DNA from: Octopus vulgaris
Lineage: Eukaryota
Reading direction: 5' to 3'
Assembly (NCBI GenBank): GCA_951406725.2
Contig: OX597818.1
Location: 82,026,001-82,090,000 of the forward strand
DNA: 64,000 nt
The notes beneath the pieces are model-generated. The model saw only the letters and a list, made by a program, of their open reading frames with translations, searched no databases and had not been told where the DNA came from. The translations under genes were made by a program, and so were the position numbers. Below, piece after piece: positions 26,536 through 40,363 of the stretch (position 1 is the first letter of the stretch; each line of letters opens with the position of its first letter).

Positions 26536-26949
26536 TATATATATATATGTATATATATATATATCATGAAGGTACAGTTTATTTTAAATATTATAAATAT
26601 TGTAAAATTCCAATGTTCTAAAAAAATTGCAAATGCTAAAACGTGAAAATTAGACTCAGCTGGAATCTCGTTGTTTAATACTTTGTTCTGTACAGAATGA
26701 TACAAATTTCGATATATATGTATTCATTGAGATGCCCTTTGCTTCCACTTTTATAGATAGGCCATCTCATTACTTCCTTTAATATGCCTGGAAGCTTACT
26801 GCTTGCAAGGAAGTGCTGAGAGAAAAACCACAGTGGTTTTGCAAGAACTCGTTTGTATGATTAGAGAAGGATTGCCGGAATTTTATGGGAGCCATCAGCT
26901 GAATTTGCATCTGTCTTATCTATGGCAAATACCACATCGTATTTCATGT

Positions 26950-28450
26950 CGATTTAATCAATTGGTACTGCCTCACATTTTACATCTGTAGAGTAAAGTA
27001 TTCTTGCATGTGTCGTAAGCGTGGGGTGAAAACACCCTTTATTTATTCATTCAGATTTTAACTTGCCCTCATTCAGTTTCCGCATGCGATCCATCTTATT
27101 AGTAGCCCTACCTTGAACGTATAACAACAGATAGTTTCACACACTTAAAGAAAGATTCAGGATTAGATTTTATATTTTCTATTATTCTGGATTCTTTGTT
27201 TGATCTTACTTTATCGTGGGAGCGTTTCAGATATTTCACAATCCCTAACAGAGTTGTTTTAGGCTGTTTTTTTCACTGCCGCTTAATTTAAATCTTTTTA
27301 GGCGAATATTTTGTTGTCACAAGTACTTTCCTTTACCTGGGAATTTTGTTCTTATGTACACTGGCCTTTCCCTCTGAGACAATTTTGTAGCATATGGCTT
27401 GCATTATAGATATGGACTTTTTGAGTTTCATGTCGATGTCATATGTAGAAAGACATTGAGGCCAATCCTGTTTGAGGTTCTCCTTCTCAATGGAAGTTCA
27501 AATTGGATAGATTTCTAGTGCTTCTCATAGGCCTATACGCCATACATGGTCAGCGCCTTTATATCGTTAACAGAGATCGGTGTCCGAGTCAATTTCCCAT
27601 ATTATTTGTCAAGCAGAAATGAAGTCCCCCAACTGGTTGGAGTACCACTTGCTCCATATATAAATGTAGGTGAGTTTGAGCGCGGAGTCCACCTGTCTTT
27701 TTTCACACTACGTCGTTCCTCAGAGAAAAAGGCTATCAGGCTGGGTTGAGAAAGTGAAGTCTCCCATGAGAAGTAGCTGATGTATCGTTCTAATTTGGTT
27801 AGAACTTGTATTTTTGTGAAGCAGTCTTCAATGGGCCAGAGTGATTTGGAGCATCAGGTGTCCAATAAGTTGTACATATAACTAAATCAAGTTGTATTAT
27901 ATATGCAGTTAATGTGTCACGCTCCAAGTTTGAGTATGACCAAAGCACCTGTGAGGTGAGGTCTTCACGGATGTACATTGCGTGTACACAATGACTCCTG
28001 TCTTCTATGTCCACTTCACAATATACCATACTTTGTTACGTGTATTTCTGAAGCTTCGATGTTAGATTTTTATGTGTGTTTTAGTGCGTTCTATGCATAC
28101 GGTTTGATTGCATGCTACAAAGTCTCTCATAAAGGGAATTTTTGTTCTGTTATTGATTTGCAACAATCCTCTAATGTTTAGCAAATGTTTTAATATTATA
28201 TCTGTGCTGATGCCATTGTTGGCCACTCTAGATCCGTTGATATACTGGTGTTGTATGTTGGTGGGAATGGTTTCGACTCTAAAATTGATGTAGACAAGTC
28301 AATTGCTATACACTTTTTCGCGTCATTCATAAAGGTGATTTTTGCTTAGCTGCAACCCTTGTGACAGCATCTGGATAGGGGTAGCTCTTGGAAGCAGTGT
28401 GCCTTCCATTAGTGTATTGTCTTTGTGTGCATTTACTACACTAATCATTT
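26950..28450 (-). pseudogene. Possible highly decayed non-LTR retrotransposon
   Basis: Non-microsatellite block with faint RT-like words (for example AIDLS at about 28295-28310 on the minus strand). No long ORF. Confidence 0.25.
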
Positions 28451-29256
28451 CATAATTATTCTTCTTGAGAAATGTTTAGAGCCTCATGCCTCTGAAATTC
28501 TTTGCTGTAGACCCTATATAGATCTGGAACCATGTTGTGGTAAATAAAATTATCTCCAATACTCCTTATTAAAACTACCAAAATTTGCCCCTGTTACCTT
28601 AATAGTGAATAAGAAGAATCGGCGTGTCGTACTAATGTCGTAATAATATTGGCAGGTCCTAGTAAATGTATTTAGCTTTATCGTGTTATACCTTTTTGTC
28701 TTTCAATTCGGTTTTCGTTTCTATCTTCTATGATCATAAATGTTGATTAATGACTGAAAGGGTTTCGCAAATACAAGTGACCGAAGTGGAGTTCCATCAA
28801 AAGAACTCCAGAGCAACATTATGCGTCATTCAGAGATCAAGTTGTCTCTCCAGGTGTAGCCACTACCTCTCCGTATTGAGGGGCATATGACCAGTACTAC
28901 CGACATGCGATTAACCTGCAACAGGAAAGAACTGCAGGATGGATGGATGCTTCAAGCAAATACAACCTGAAGGTGACCTAGTGGTACATGAAGAACGAAA
29001 TATTTGGATAATATTCATAGTTTTAGTTGATCACAGTTTCTTTGTGATTTAGTTGAATCCAGTCTGAAAGAGTAATGAGTGTTGTTTCTGATACGCCCCT
29101 ATGCAAGAGAAGCCCAAGGAATCTATCGCAACAGCCATCTCAAGAATACTAGGGAGAAAAAATACCGGCTGGATACCATACGGCTAACAACGGGTATATT
29201 CATTATATGTGCATGAGCAATAGTCAGGACACGGAAGAATAAAAGCACTAACTTAC

Positions 29257-30110
29257 CATGGTCAGTGTTCAGATTTTGGAACTTCTAAAACCTGATATCT
29301 GTATACGTTCCAGACATTCATCATATTGGCGTCTTTCTCCATTGAATTGATTCAAATTTAGGAACGAACTCATTTCAAAATGTCGCCATCAAAGAATTTT
29401 ATTATAACCCGAGGTTGAATATATTGTTCCTTCAGAGATGGAATTTCTTTGAAATTATTCGAAAGATTTCGAAAGTTCTTTGAATTTTAGAGATTTATTT
29501 CCTAAATCGCATCTTTGTGGCATAACTAAGTGCTGTGAAAAGCAAAACTGTAGACGTTTTGGTTCCATCTTTTGTCATAATTTGAAAAGAAACATGAATT
29601 TTTCTATTGAACTTTGTACAATCTTTTTTATATTATTTTATTTTGTCATTTAAGTAGCGATCAGTTGTTTTTCGCGTATAGCTAACATTTATTTATTTTT
29701 CTATTTCATTCTTACCTTCTCCGTCTTTACCATTTTACTTCCTTCTCTCTCTTCTCTCTCTTCTCACCTCTCTCTCTCTCTTTCATTCTCCTTCTTTCTC
29801 CTGCTTTCTTTTCTTCCATTATTTTCAACATTAGCGTCTGTATATATATTTTGCCATCTGCTACGCATTCTCTTCTTTCTAAATTTTCACGTAATTTTCC
29901 TTCTCTTGCCATCACTTCCATGTTGATAGATACGTGTATTCTCGTTTATTACTGGTATTTGGTAACCCACGAAAATAAAGAAAATCAGTGTTTAACGAAT
30001 AACACAATATATAGGAAAAATAGATCCCATTTCGAGATCCCAAGTTGCCCTGAGCGTTGTGGTCGGTCGCTGGCGCGCGGTTTTTCGGTCAAAGCAGAAA
30101 TCTTGACTGA
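29257..30110 (-). other. Candidate first exon of a host gene (long 5' UTR ending ACC-ATG|GTAAGT)
   Basis: Kozak-like ACCATGG immediately followed by the consensus donor GTAAGT (29256-29251). CpG-rich patch at 30050-30115 upstream. Unique, non-repeat sequence. Confidence 0.35.
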
Positions 30111-30539
30111 CGGCCGATTCATGGTATCAAATCAGTTCGTAATAAGGAGGAGGTAATTCACAGATGAATATATTCCGTGTTAACCCAATAACTGATAAAT
30201 GAATCGATAATGAACGAGTATAGATATATATTTATCTTCCCACTTCTCCCTAAAATAAAAAATACAGTCACTAGTTTCAAAATCTCATTCCTTTTATTGT
30301 AACAATCTTTTATTTTCTCTTTCCTTCTTGTCTACTATTCTCCACCAGCCTATTTTCCTTCTCTCAATTGCTTATTCTTTATTCGACACTGCTTTTTATT
30401 CATTCTGATTTTACATTTACTTTTCTCACTTTTTACTTCTCTCTTATGATTTCAATTCTTCTTTCTGTAACTTTTTATAGTTATCTGAATTTCTCGTTTT
30501 TAAATTTATATTTTCTTTCAAGATTATTCTAAACTTTAA

Positions 30540-30748
30540 GACGGTTAGCTGTAGCAAGCCGGATTTATTTAGCAGGATTTTGTTTGTCATTACGTTCTGA
30601 GTTCAAATTTCTCCGACGTCGACTTTGCCTTTCATGATTTTAGGGTTGATAGAATAAATACAAATTGAACATTGGCGTTGATGTAACAGACTAGTCCAAT
30701 CCACCCAAACCGTGATATTGCTGGCCTTGTGTCAAAATTTGAAACAAA
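30540..30748 (+). mobile_element. tRNA-derived SINE with Meta-like core (family 2), diverged
   Basis: ACGTTCTGAGTTCAAATT...GTCGACTTTGCCTTTCAT...GGGTTGATA. Confidence 0.7.
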
Positions 30749-32885
30749 GGCTATTCTAATTTTTAACATTGTAACAATTTCCAATGCCAACTCTCCAGCA
30801 TGGACCCAGCTTATGGTTGAAATCAACAAAAGATAAAAATCAACAGATAAAACATAATAAAATTATAATGAAAACTCCAACTAAAAATCGGAATAACAGA
30901 TGTAAAATTTTAGCTTCTGTTGTTATTAGCAAAATTCATATATTGAGTACTCCATTATCTGCAACCTAAAATATTTGTTTGTGTATTTTGTATCGGACCA
31001 ACTTTAGCAGCAATTACTTTAGTAGCCATCAACTGTATTTTGTATCAAGTAACTAAATAAGTAGAGCGAATTATTTTCCGACACTAAAGGGGTATTTTAC
31101 TTTTATGACGGGTATCGTGTAATGCTATGGTTCTAGGATTGCCAAGATGGATTCTCAGAGTTTATGAAGCACTCTTCAACCTCAGAAGGGAATTAATAAT
31201 GATGTTCGATAAAAACATGAATAACTGTTCAAGAGTGATAAATTAATGGAATGCTAGTGTGTTGTCCGAGCAAGAAGTTAGTAGTATCTGTTTCAGATTG
31301 TATTCTGACTTTAAATACATCCCTTGTTCTAGTGAAAAAGTTATCCAACTAGAGCTCAAGGAAAATACAGTGATATACTTTGGGGAATCCTTCAGGAAGT
31401 GTCCAAGTATTTCCGCTGATCTTTTCCTAAGTGAATCCTCCAGTTAGCAGTAAAGAATGCAAAGTCAACTTTGCTTTCCATTATTCCCGGTTCCATAAAT
31501 ACTAGTGAAATACTGGCGTTATAAGAATCAGCCATGTTGTGTTGAGGGTCATGAGGAAACTCATTCACATCATCCTTTTCTCCAGAAAATGGAGATGGAT
31601 TGAGAGAAATGTCACCAGATTCTTCTTAGAAATATGCGACTGGAAAAATCCAAGTGCGTATCGATGGGCCACACAGCATGTAATGGGTTTAATCGTGACT
31701 CATACAACTAATTACTGCTTGACAGTCTCATGACTAATTACTGCTTGACATTCACGTAACTAATTAACCAATGACACTGACGAGACTAATTAATGCGTGA
31801 CTACCTACGGCATATCATTCACATTACTAATTACAGTATGATATTCACTACTGTTCCCTATCATTGCTGCTGTTCGCTCATTTCGCTATTCTGTGCAACA
31901 ACAGGCGCTCTAATGGTATTAGACACTGGAAAAAGACAATGAATTTGATAATGCTGCATCCCTTACAAATGCCTAATGTTTATACGAAATAACTTCAGAA
32001 TATCTAAATATGTAACAATATATTTCGAGACAACCCTATAGCAAACCTGCTACTCTATATGCACTTAATCACATAATTTCAATTCCTTATAGAAAAGAAA
32101 AACTTTTTCGTATTGGTATAAGACCGCTGCTAAAAATTTACCACACAGACACACGCCGAGATGGAGTACTACACGATATGTCTAGCTTCCTTCCCCATAG
32201 CAAAATTGAGAATAATATTGATAAATGATACAGCAATACGAAGTGAATTGCAGTGTTTTGCAGAAGCCTGCTGAAAATCTAAGACAACACTGTATTAGGA
32301 AGACAGAATACAGTTACCAATCTTTCGTTAGTCACCTTACTTTTCCGAACATGGTTAGTCACACGGGTTTTTTTACACAGCTCAATACAATAAATGTTTG
32401 TAGTTTTAGTATTACGTATTCTGTTGGTTCAGGATATATCTGCAAACACTGCTGAGAAGTTTGAAATCATTGTAGTTGATTGATATTAATATAAAACAAT
32501 AAAATAAGATAAATTATAAAATTAAGTTAAAACTAAAAACTATTAGATTCAGATCACATTTATTTTGAAAATACCCACAGAATACACCATTTTGTAGAAA
32601 TTTTTAATATCTATGAAGAATATTAATATTATAAAATAACATGACAGTCAATCTCCATTACAATATGCATTAAATCAAAACTTGAACTACGTTAGTTACA
32701 TGGGGTGACTGTTTCACTACTGCGCAAAGACTGCCCCACACCAACCACCTGAAACACACCCTTATTGGGTTAGAAGAGTAGAAGAACGGAGCAGGACAAT
32801 AAGTTGCTAACTAGAAATTACGAGCATTTAAAAAAGTTTCAGGTTACAACACACCCCATGTGATAAACGAAGGGTTAATTTAGTG

Positions 32886-33065
32886 AAGGCGGTGAGCTAG
32901 CAGAATCGTTAGGAAGCCGGGCAAAATGCTTAGCGGTATTTCGTCCGTCTTCGTGTTTTGAGCTCCAATTCCACCGAGGTCGATATTGCCTTTCATCCTG
33001 TCAGGGTCGATAAATTAAGTACCAGCTTGAGTACTGGGGTCGATGTAAGCGACTGTCCACCTTCC
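32886..33065 (+). mobile_element. SINE family 2 (Meta-like core)
   Basis: AAGGCGGTGAGCTAGCAGAATCGTTAG...CCGAGGTCGA..TGCCTTTCATCC..GGGTCGATAAATTAAGTACC. Confidence 0.8.
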
Positions 33066-33420
33066 CGAATTTCACGTAGAGTAGAAAGGAATATCATCAA
33101 ATTTATGGTTTCAATATAAACATGGATCTGAAACACCAGCAGACATTTCATAAAGTTAAAGTAGACCCATTTAATGTGCTGTGATATTTCAGAGTATACC
33201 ATGTCTTTAAATGGCACATAGAAATATGTAAACATGCGACTATTTGTGTATTCAAATAAGGTATGTAAAAAACAGAATAAGCATTGAAGAAGATTCAAAA
33301 TCTTTTATTTAGTTTAATAAATAATGATTTGTAGGTACGTTATGCAACCATATAAAGTATATTGAACGTTTTTGTAAGACAATACCGCGTTATACTGCGT
33401 TAGCAGTGCGCTTTTGCTTT

Positions 33421-33490
33421 ACAGTAATCCCTCGTCATACCGCGGTTCACTTATCGCGCACTCAGTACATCGCGGATTTTTCTGGTTAAC
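33421..33490 (+). mobile_element. pogo/Tigger-like DNA transposon end
   Basis: TA-CAGTAATCCCTCG...CGCGGTTCACTTATCGCG terminal pattern. Confidence 0.4.
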
Positions 33491-33502
33491 ACATATAAAT
33501 TT

Positions 33503-34187
33503 AAGGCGGTGAGCTGGCAGAAACGTTAGCACGCCAGGCGAAAGGCCTAGTGGTATTTCGTCTGCCGTTACGTTCTGAGTTCAAATTCCACCGAGGTCGA
33601 CTTTGCCTTTCATCTTTTCGGGGTCGATAAATTAAGTACCAGTTACGCACCGGGGTCGATGTAATCGACTTAATCCATTTGTTTGTCTTTTCTGTGATTA
33701 GCCCCTTGTGGGTTGTAAAGAAATAGGTATTTCTTATCTCTTTATTGCCTACAAGGATCTAAACATAGAGAGGACAAACAAGGACAGAGAAACGGATTAA
33801 GTCGATTACATCGACCCCACTGCGTAACTAGTACTTAATTTATCGACCCCGAAAGGACGAAAGGCAAAGTTGACCGCGGCGGAATTTGAACTCAGAACGT
33901 AGTGGCAGACGAAATACCTATTTCTTTACTACCTACAAGGGGCTAAACGCAGAGAGGACAAACAAGGACAGAGAAACGGATTAAGTCGATTACATCGACC
34001 CCACTGCGTAACTAGTACTTAATTTATCGACCACGAAAGGATGAAAGGCAAAGTCGACCTCGGTGGAATTTGAACTCAGAACGTAGTGGCAGACGAAATA
34101 CCTATTTCTTTACTACCTACAAGGGGCTAAACGCAGAGAGGACAAACAAGGACAGAGAAATGGATTGAGTCGATTACATCGACCCCC
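33503..34187. mobile_element. SINE family 2 cluster: one plus copy (33503-33730) tail-to-tail with ~2.5 tandem minus copies (~181 bp period)
   Basis: Repeated AGAGGACAAACAAGGACAGAGAAA..GGATT.AGTCGATTACATCGACCCC at about 33768, 33952 and 34136. Confidence 0.85.
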
Positions 34188-35069
34188 TCACTTTTTCTCA
34201 AACTTACTGACCCTCTCAACCCTGCAAAGGCCCAGCGTCACGTTAGCGTGTGGGGGGATTCTTCTGATTTCGGTAACTTAGACAGATTGACCTGCATTAT
34301 GAGTCCTAGGGATAAAGACTCCTTTAAACAAATGCATAAATACATCATTACTATGCATTTGTTTTCTTTGTGCAATCACTCGACGTTTATTCGCTAACAA
34401 ATACTCAATTCCTTAAACATTTACGGGAGCTGCTCGCCAAAACTGTAGCGTACACTTACACTTGTAATGAAGAATCCTAACTCGGATGGTAAATATTCGA
34501 ATTTGTCTCTAGTACTACTTGATTTTCATGAAGATGTATGCGTTTTCTTTCACTCCATGTGATCCTACTTTGGTGTGTTAATATTCCAAGCATTAAATAT
34601 GCATTTAGGCACTTAACTTTAATTTATATACAGTTTGACTAAGACAGCACGAGTGATTTTGACAAGCATTGCGAGAAATATTTCCTTATATATAATTAAT
34701 TAATTCATAGAAATTACTGAGCATTACGAAATTGTCCTCTTATGTATGAATATACGATCCTCACTTCATTGCTGTCGATAATGACATGTATCATCTTGAG
34801 GTGTCGAACCAAGCAGAAAGAGTTTAAATGTTTACATCTTATCGTCATCTGCAAACTGGCGAACGGATAATTCGAGCCTAGGAGGTATATACTTATTAAA
34901 CCAAGCTGGTAAGTAACAGAATATTTGTGTAATTTACTGCTTCTCTGAAATTCATTAATATTGCACCTCGTTTGTTGGACTAGCGTAGCATGTATTAAAG
35001 ATACCTTTATTATAAAAACAAGGATGTGACAGTAAAATCGTTTGCAACACAGGGACAGCGATTTTGAGG

Positions 35070-35570
35070 AGAAGGGAAAGTCGACTACATTGACCCCGTT
35101 ACTTGACTGGCAGCGATTCCTCCAGCACACAACCTTTGATAATAATGGTTTCAAATTTTGCCAGAGGTTAAACAACTTGAGTTGAGGGGATAATCTACCG
35201 TGTCGACCCCAGTTCATTACTGGTACATATTTTATCTACCCAGCAGGATAGATGGCAAAGTCAACCATTGAGAAATTTGAGCTCAGAACGTAAAACGGAC
35301 GAAATGCCTCTAAGTCCGACGTACTAACGGTTTTTCCAGCTCATTGTCTAAAGTGTCAGTAAAATAATCATTTCTACTACAGGCATAAAGCCTGAAATTT
35401 TGTGCGACGGGCCTTCGATTTCATCTTTTACTTATTTCATCATCAACTTCAGAAAGGTAAAAACCAAACTCAACCTAAGCAGAATTTGATCTCAGAATAT
35501 AATGGCGTCGGAAATACTACTAAGCATTTTGGCCAGCGTGTTAAAGGTTCCATAGCTTGTCGCCTTAAGT
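35070..35570 (-). mobile_element. Diverged SINE family 2 copies
   Basis: GTCGACCCCAG..TGGTAC.TATTTTATC..CCC, GAATTTGA.CTCAGAACGTAA. Confidence 0.6.
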
Positions 35571-35804
35571 GTTAGTAAAATAATGGACAATCGACCGACG
35601 TAATTGTCGTAGTACACTAACCAGATAACATGCATCAATTTGTATACGTATTCAAAGGATTTAACTCCAAATAACCGTATTGTTTTGCATGAAGGTTACA
35701 ACATATTGCGTCTAGTTAGTGTCTCGGAAATGAAGTTTTCCAGGAGCAAATGTAAAATAGAAGCAAATTGTTGAGAAATATGGGATAGAAAGAAGATAAA
35801 AACA

Positions 35805-35863
<59 letters not shown>

Positions 35864-35879
35864 TATATATATATACTGT

Positions 35880-36162
35880 TATTCCTTTATTCTTTTACTC
35901 GTTTCAGTCATTTGACAACGGCCGTGTTGGAGCACCGCCTTTAGTCGTAGAAATCGACCCCGGGACTTATTCTTTGTAAGACTAGTACTTATTTTATCAT
36001 TCTCCTTTGCCGAACTACTAATTTGCGAGAAAGCAAACACACCAACATTAGTTGTTAAGCCATGCTGGTCTGACAAACAGAGTCACACAAATACATACAT
36101 ACATACACAAACGCACACACATACACACACACACACACATAAATAAATAAATAAATAAATAA

Positions 36163-36230
<68 letters not shown>

Positions 36231-36340
36231 GACCGAGGCTACAGTGGAAGATATTTGCCAAAGTTGCCACACAGTGGGACTAAACCAGGAACCCTGTGGT
36301 TGAAAAGCAAGCTTCTTATCACACAGCCACACCTGCTCCC
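35880..36340 (-). mobile_element. SINE family 1 split by microsatellite
   Basis: Reverse complement of GGTGTGGCTGTGTGATAAGAAGCTTGCTT..CAACCACAGGGTTCCTGGTTTAGTCCCACTG, plus the tail at 35880-36080. Confidence 0.7.
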
Positions 36341-37889
36341 TATATATATATATATATATATATACAAAATGATCGGTATACAATACGGTGGTAGTGGTAG
36401 GATTAGCAGCGAGAGGAAAGAAAGGAGATATATGTGAATTGTGGCAATAAGAAGGTTGAATAATAGTAAAAAACCTATACGAATGAGCTATTGGCAAAAT
36501 GTTGAAGAAAGAATGAAATATATATTATTTGAAATCCTTGTGCAAAATATGTATGAAGGAATCAATAAATGAAAGAGAAAGGAAAGGGATAGAAAGACAA
36601 AATATTTCTTGAAAATACATACTGAAATAAAAGATAAAGAACAGACGAATGAATGAAAGGTTGTCAGACGGAATGAAACGCAGGTTGAAAGAGAAAAGAT
36701 AAAGATGAAAGATAAAGGGATACACATGTGTGTGTGTGTGTATGTGTGCTGGGGTATGAGGGAGAGAGAAGGGTGAGAGAGAAAAAGAAGGGGGAGAAAG
36801 AGAAGGAGAGAGTACGCTAGATAGACAGCATGGGTGGGAAAGGTAAGAAAAATAGAAAATAAATACATAAAATGAATATGAATATAAAAATAAAACTTTC
36901 TGGAGGTGGACAAAAGGCGATAAAATATAACAGAGGGAATAGACTGAACAGAAGAAGGTGAGAGAAATGGGTAGGAGAAAAATCTGAGTAAATATAACGA
37001 AACTATGAAAAAATAAAACAAAATCAAACAAGAAAGCTAGAAAAAGAAATAAAAAGAGAAGAAAAAGAGAGAAGATAAAAATCAGACATCCGATGGATAA
37101 GTGACAACAAAATCAGAATGAGGCTAAAAGACCATGACGTAACGCTATTTTATCGATTACTCAAGTGACATAATAGTTCCCATGACTTCTGGCAGGATAT
37201 TTGAGACTGTGCGAAGTTAAGTACTAGACAAGTCATGTGACTCATGGGAGCAGTTCCCCGGTTTCCTGGTGTATACGTAAATGATATCACAACTTTCCTT
37301 TCAGAATGGGTCGCTAGTCTTTCGCAATGCTCCTCATTTATATCCGAGTGACCTGAAGCAACGTCAAATAAAGTGTTTTTCTGAAGAACTCCAGGCACTG
37401 CCCCGTCCGATAATTGGAACCACGGTCTCTCAATCGTGAATGCAACACCCGAACCCCTAGGCCACGTACCTTCAGTGGGAGGGAGGAAAAATGGTGTTTT
37501 CAAGTTTTCAAATAAGAAACCTGCTAGAAATGCTTGAGATAGCTTGGATCCTTGTTAGAATTTATACTCAGAACGTAGCTAAGGACGAAACACCGCAAAG
37601 CGTTTTGCTCAGGGTTCTAACACTTTTGCCAGCTCACCGCCTTAGAACGTAAATAATGGAAATTAAAGAATAGCAGAGAAATGGAAAAAGAAACCGTAAA
37701 ATATTGGATTTGTAAAGAAAGAGTGAATTAACAAAATAAATAATTTAGTCCCACAGTGGTTTATAAATTAAATGTACTCGCTTAAATATATATTTTATTA
37801 ATGAAAAATATGTCCGAAGTGTGTAGCAAAATCATTAGGTTCTACCTTGCAGTTAAAAAAAAAAGGAGGAACGGAGAGAACTCCATGAC

Positions 37890-38275
37890 TGTGAAAAGAA
37901 GTTTACCTGTTCGGGTTCAGCCACACTGCATGGATCTTTAAGCGTCTTCTGCAATAGCCTCAGGCCGACCAATCCCATTCAGTAAGATTTGCAGACGGAA
38001 ACCATGTTGAAACCCATCGCATATATGTTTGAACACATGTATGTGTGTGTGTGTGTGCCTATGTGTTTGTGTGTAGTGTGTGTTTGTGTCCATGTTTGTT
38101 CCCTAACATCTCTTGGCAATCTGTGTTGATTTGTTTAAATCACTTGTAGTTTAGTGGATTGGCAAAAGAAATCGATAATATATATATACATTTGTTAAAA
38201 GTAGTACTTTAGTCAATATGACCGGCTAAAACCTTCCAGACAGTACCGCAGAATTTCCACAGTAAAAAAAATGAG
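37890..38275 (+). mobile_element. SINE family 1, diverged
   Basis: GGGTTCAGCCACACTGC..ATAGCCTCAGGCCGACCAA..GACGGAAA. Confidence 0.55.
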
Positions 38276-38773
38276 TGATGAAAAAAATCTGAATGTGTTT
38301 CTGTTATGTCGCACGTTCGGATGACCGCTACTCCACTCGACTCTACTACTCAACTCTCTGACGACGTATAGACTTCTCCCTCTATATCGACGTATTTGGC
38401 TAGTCTACTTCATCGTCTGGGAGCCTCTACACAAGTTTTGTTACAACAGATTCCTCAGTAAAGTATATTTTTACTCGTACTTATCAGATCCTAGGAAAAT
38501 ATGACACAAAAGAAATTATAAAAGTCACAACTTTATAAGAGTTTTTCCCTACGCATGTTTCACCATTGCTATGTATGTATTGAGTAATCCAAGCGCAATG
38601 GGGTGCTGAACAAGAACAGATCATCATAGGAATACATTACTGCATTGTAACTGAGTTCGAAAAGATATAGTAATGTATTAATAGAATGTACTTTGGAAGG
38701 TGAAGCTGCTTAAATTAATGGATAACGAAAACTAACAAGAGACACATTTTCTGTGTGTGTGTATGTGTGTGTG

Positions 38774-38818
<45 letters not shown>

Positions 38819-38842
38819 ATGTGTGTGTAAGAGTGGATGTGT

Positions 38843-39055
38843 ACATGGGGAGTACTGAAAAGTTCCTGGCTTTAAGGGTCTCGCAAAAGGCCTTGTTGGA
38901 AGCCCAACCTCCCGAGTTCGTTTACAAAGCTTAGTAAACATGAAGAACCACTGCAACTGGTGTGTGAATCTGAGAGGGGAACATGAATGATATCATAATT
39001 ACCTGATCCGCCTGTATTTTATTTTACTCGTATCCAGGGACTTTTCATCATCTCA
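38843..39055. mobile_element. Mariner-like MITE
   Basis: Imperfect TIRs TGAAAAGTTCCTGG / CCAGGGACTTTTCA. A related copy lies in opposite orientation at about 43875-44060. Confidence 0.5.
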
Positions 39056-39941
39056 TTGCATGTGCGTGTATGCGAGCATGTAACGTCTGTGTGTATAACA
39101 TCTGAGTGTGATTGCGTATAGGGTGGGGCTGAAACTTTATACATTTTAGGGTGCCTAGAATCGTGTTAAACATAATAAAATGGGAATATACTTATTTAAT
39201 GTCGGAAACCAGGAACATGCGAGGGGAAAAAGAAAACAATAGCTTCCATGAGGAATTATAATCAGGAAAACAAAGAAAGATAATGCCAATTTCCAGAATT
39301 AGTTAAAGATCATAAATGGGAATATGCTGTGGGGTGACGTGCTCAGAGACCGAGATACTTGGTACGTATGTTAACATGTTCATATGTTTCATCTCTTCGC
39401 TGAAGGGCTGTTTTTACCAGTACATGAGGGATTATAGACGACTTTGTGATAGATATATTTTGAGTGGATAACTATTAACAGTCCAAAGTACTGTTAGAAA
39501 ATGTCTCCCCAAGTACTATATGCTTGTAGACATTCTTCAATTAACTTGAATTTCACTCTCGTCTTACTTATCTCTGTTGACTGGAACTAGTCACCGAAAC
39601 CGAAGACTTCTTCTCATTAAGCGTTTACACTGAATTAATTAAAATCGATTTATGGTCAACTACTTTACGTATGTTAGCACTCAGTTTTTTTTTCTCCTTC
39701 CAGAATACGACCCTTGGTAATTTCTTCCATTCGTTAGGTTAAGTTGCTATGGCTGTCAATCTTCATTTATTTGATCTTTATTCTCTTAACTATGGAACTG
39801 ATAAACATTAAATATATCAGAGTGTGTCTGTGTATGTAGATTGTATGGTTAATATCCTTGTATGTGCGTATGTCTATGAAAAGTGTCACATGATGTCTCA
39901 ACTCGTAGGACAGAATCCACTGAAAACGCGTGTTTGCGTTA

Positions 39942-40012
<71 letters not shown>

Positions 40013-40253
40013 TGTGAGCGTGTGCGTGTGGGTATGTGTGTGCCACGGTGGTCCATATGTTTAAATGTGTATGCATACGTGTACATGTGTGTGTATTCAT
40101 ACAAACACACACACACACACATTTTTATATATATGTTCATGTATATATATATATATATACATACATACGCACATATACATACATGTATATATCGTGGGGG
40201 ATGTGTACATGTACATATACATACAGATATATGCAATCATTTATGCATATATT

Positions 40254-40290
<37 letters not shown>

Positions 40291-40295
40291 TGCCT

Positions 40296-40363
<68 letters not shown>

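Noticed and set aside
31707-31843. CRISPR-like repeat/spacer appearance
   Set aside because: The conserved boxes are only 8 and 4 nt, the context is eukaryotic and there are no cas genes.
32886-33730. tRNA genes suggested by A/B-box-like motifs
   Set aside because: They are tRNA-derived SINE heads with no complete cloverleaf.
34714-35217. 167 aa minus-strand ORF
   Set aside because: It starts within SINE-derived sequence, has no recognisable motif and is probably a chance ORF.
36488-37031. Hydrophobic 168-179 aa ORFs resembling membrane proteins
   Set aside because: They are the antisense of a purine-rich low-complexity tract; the F/L/S bias is compositional.
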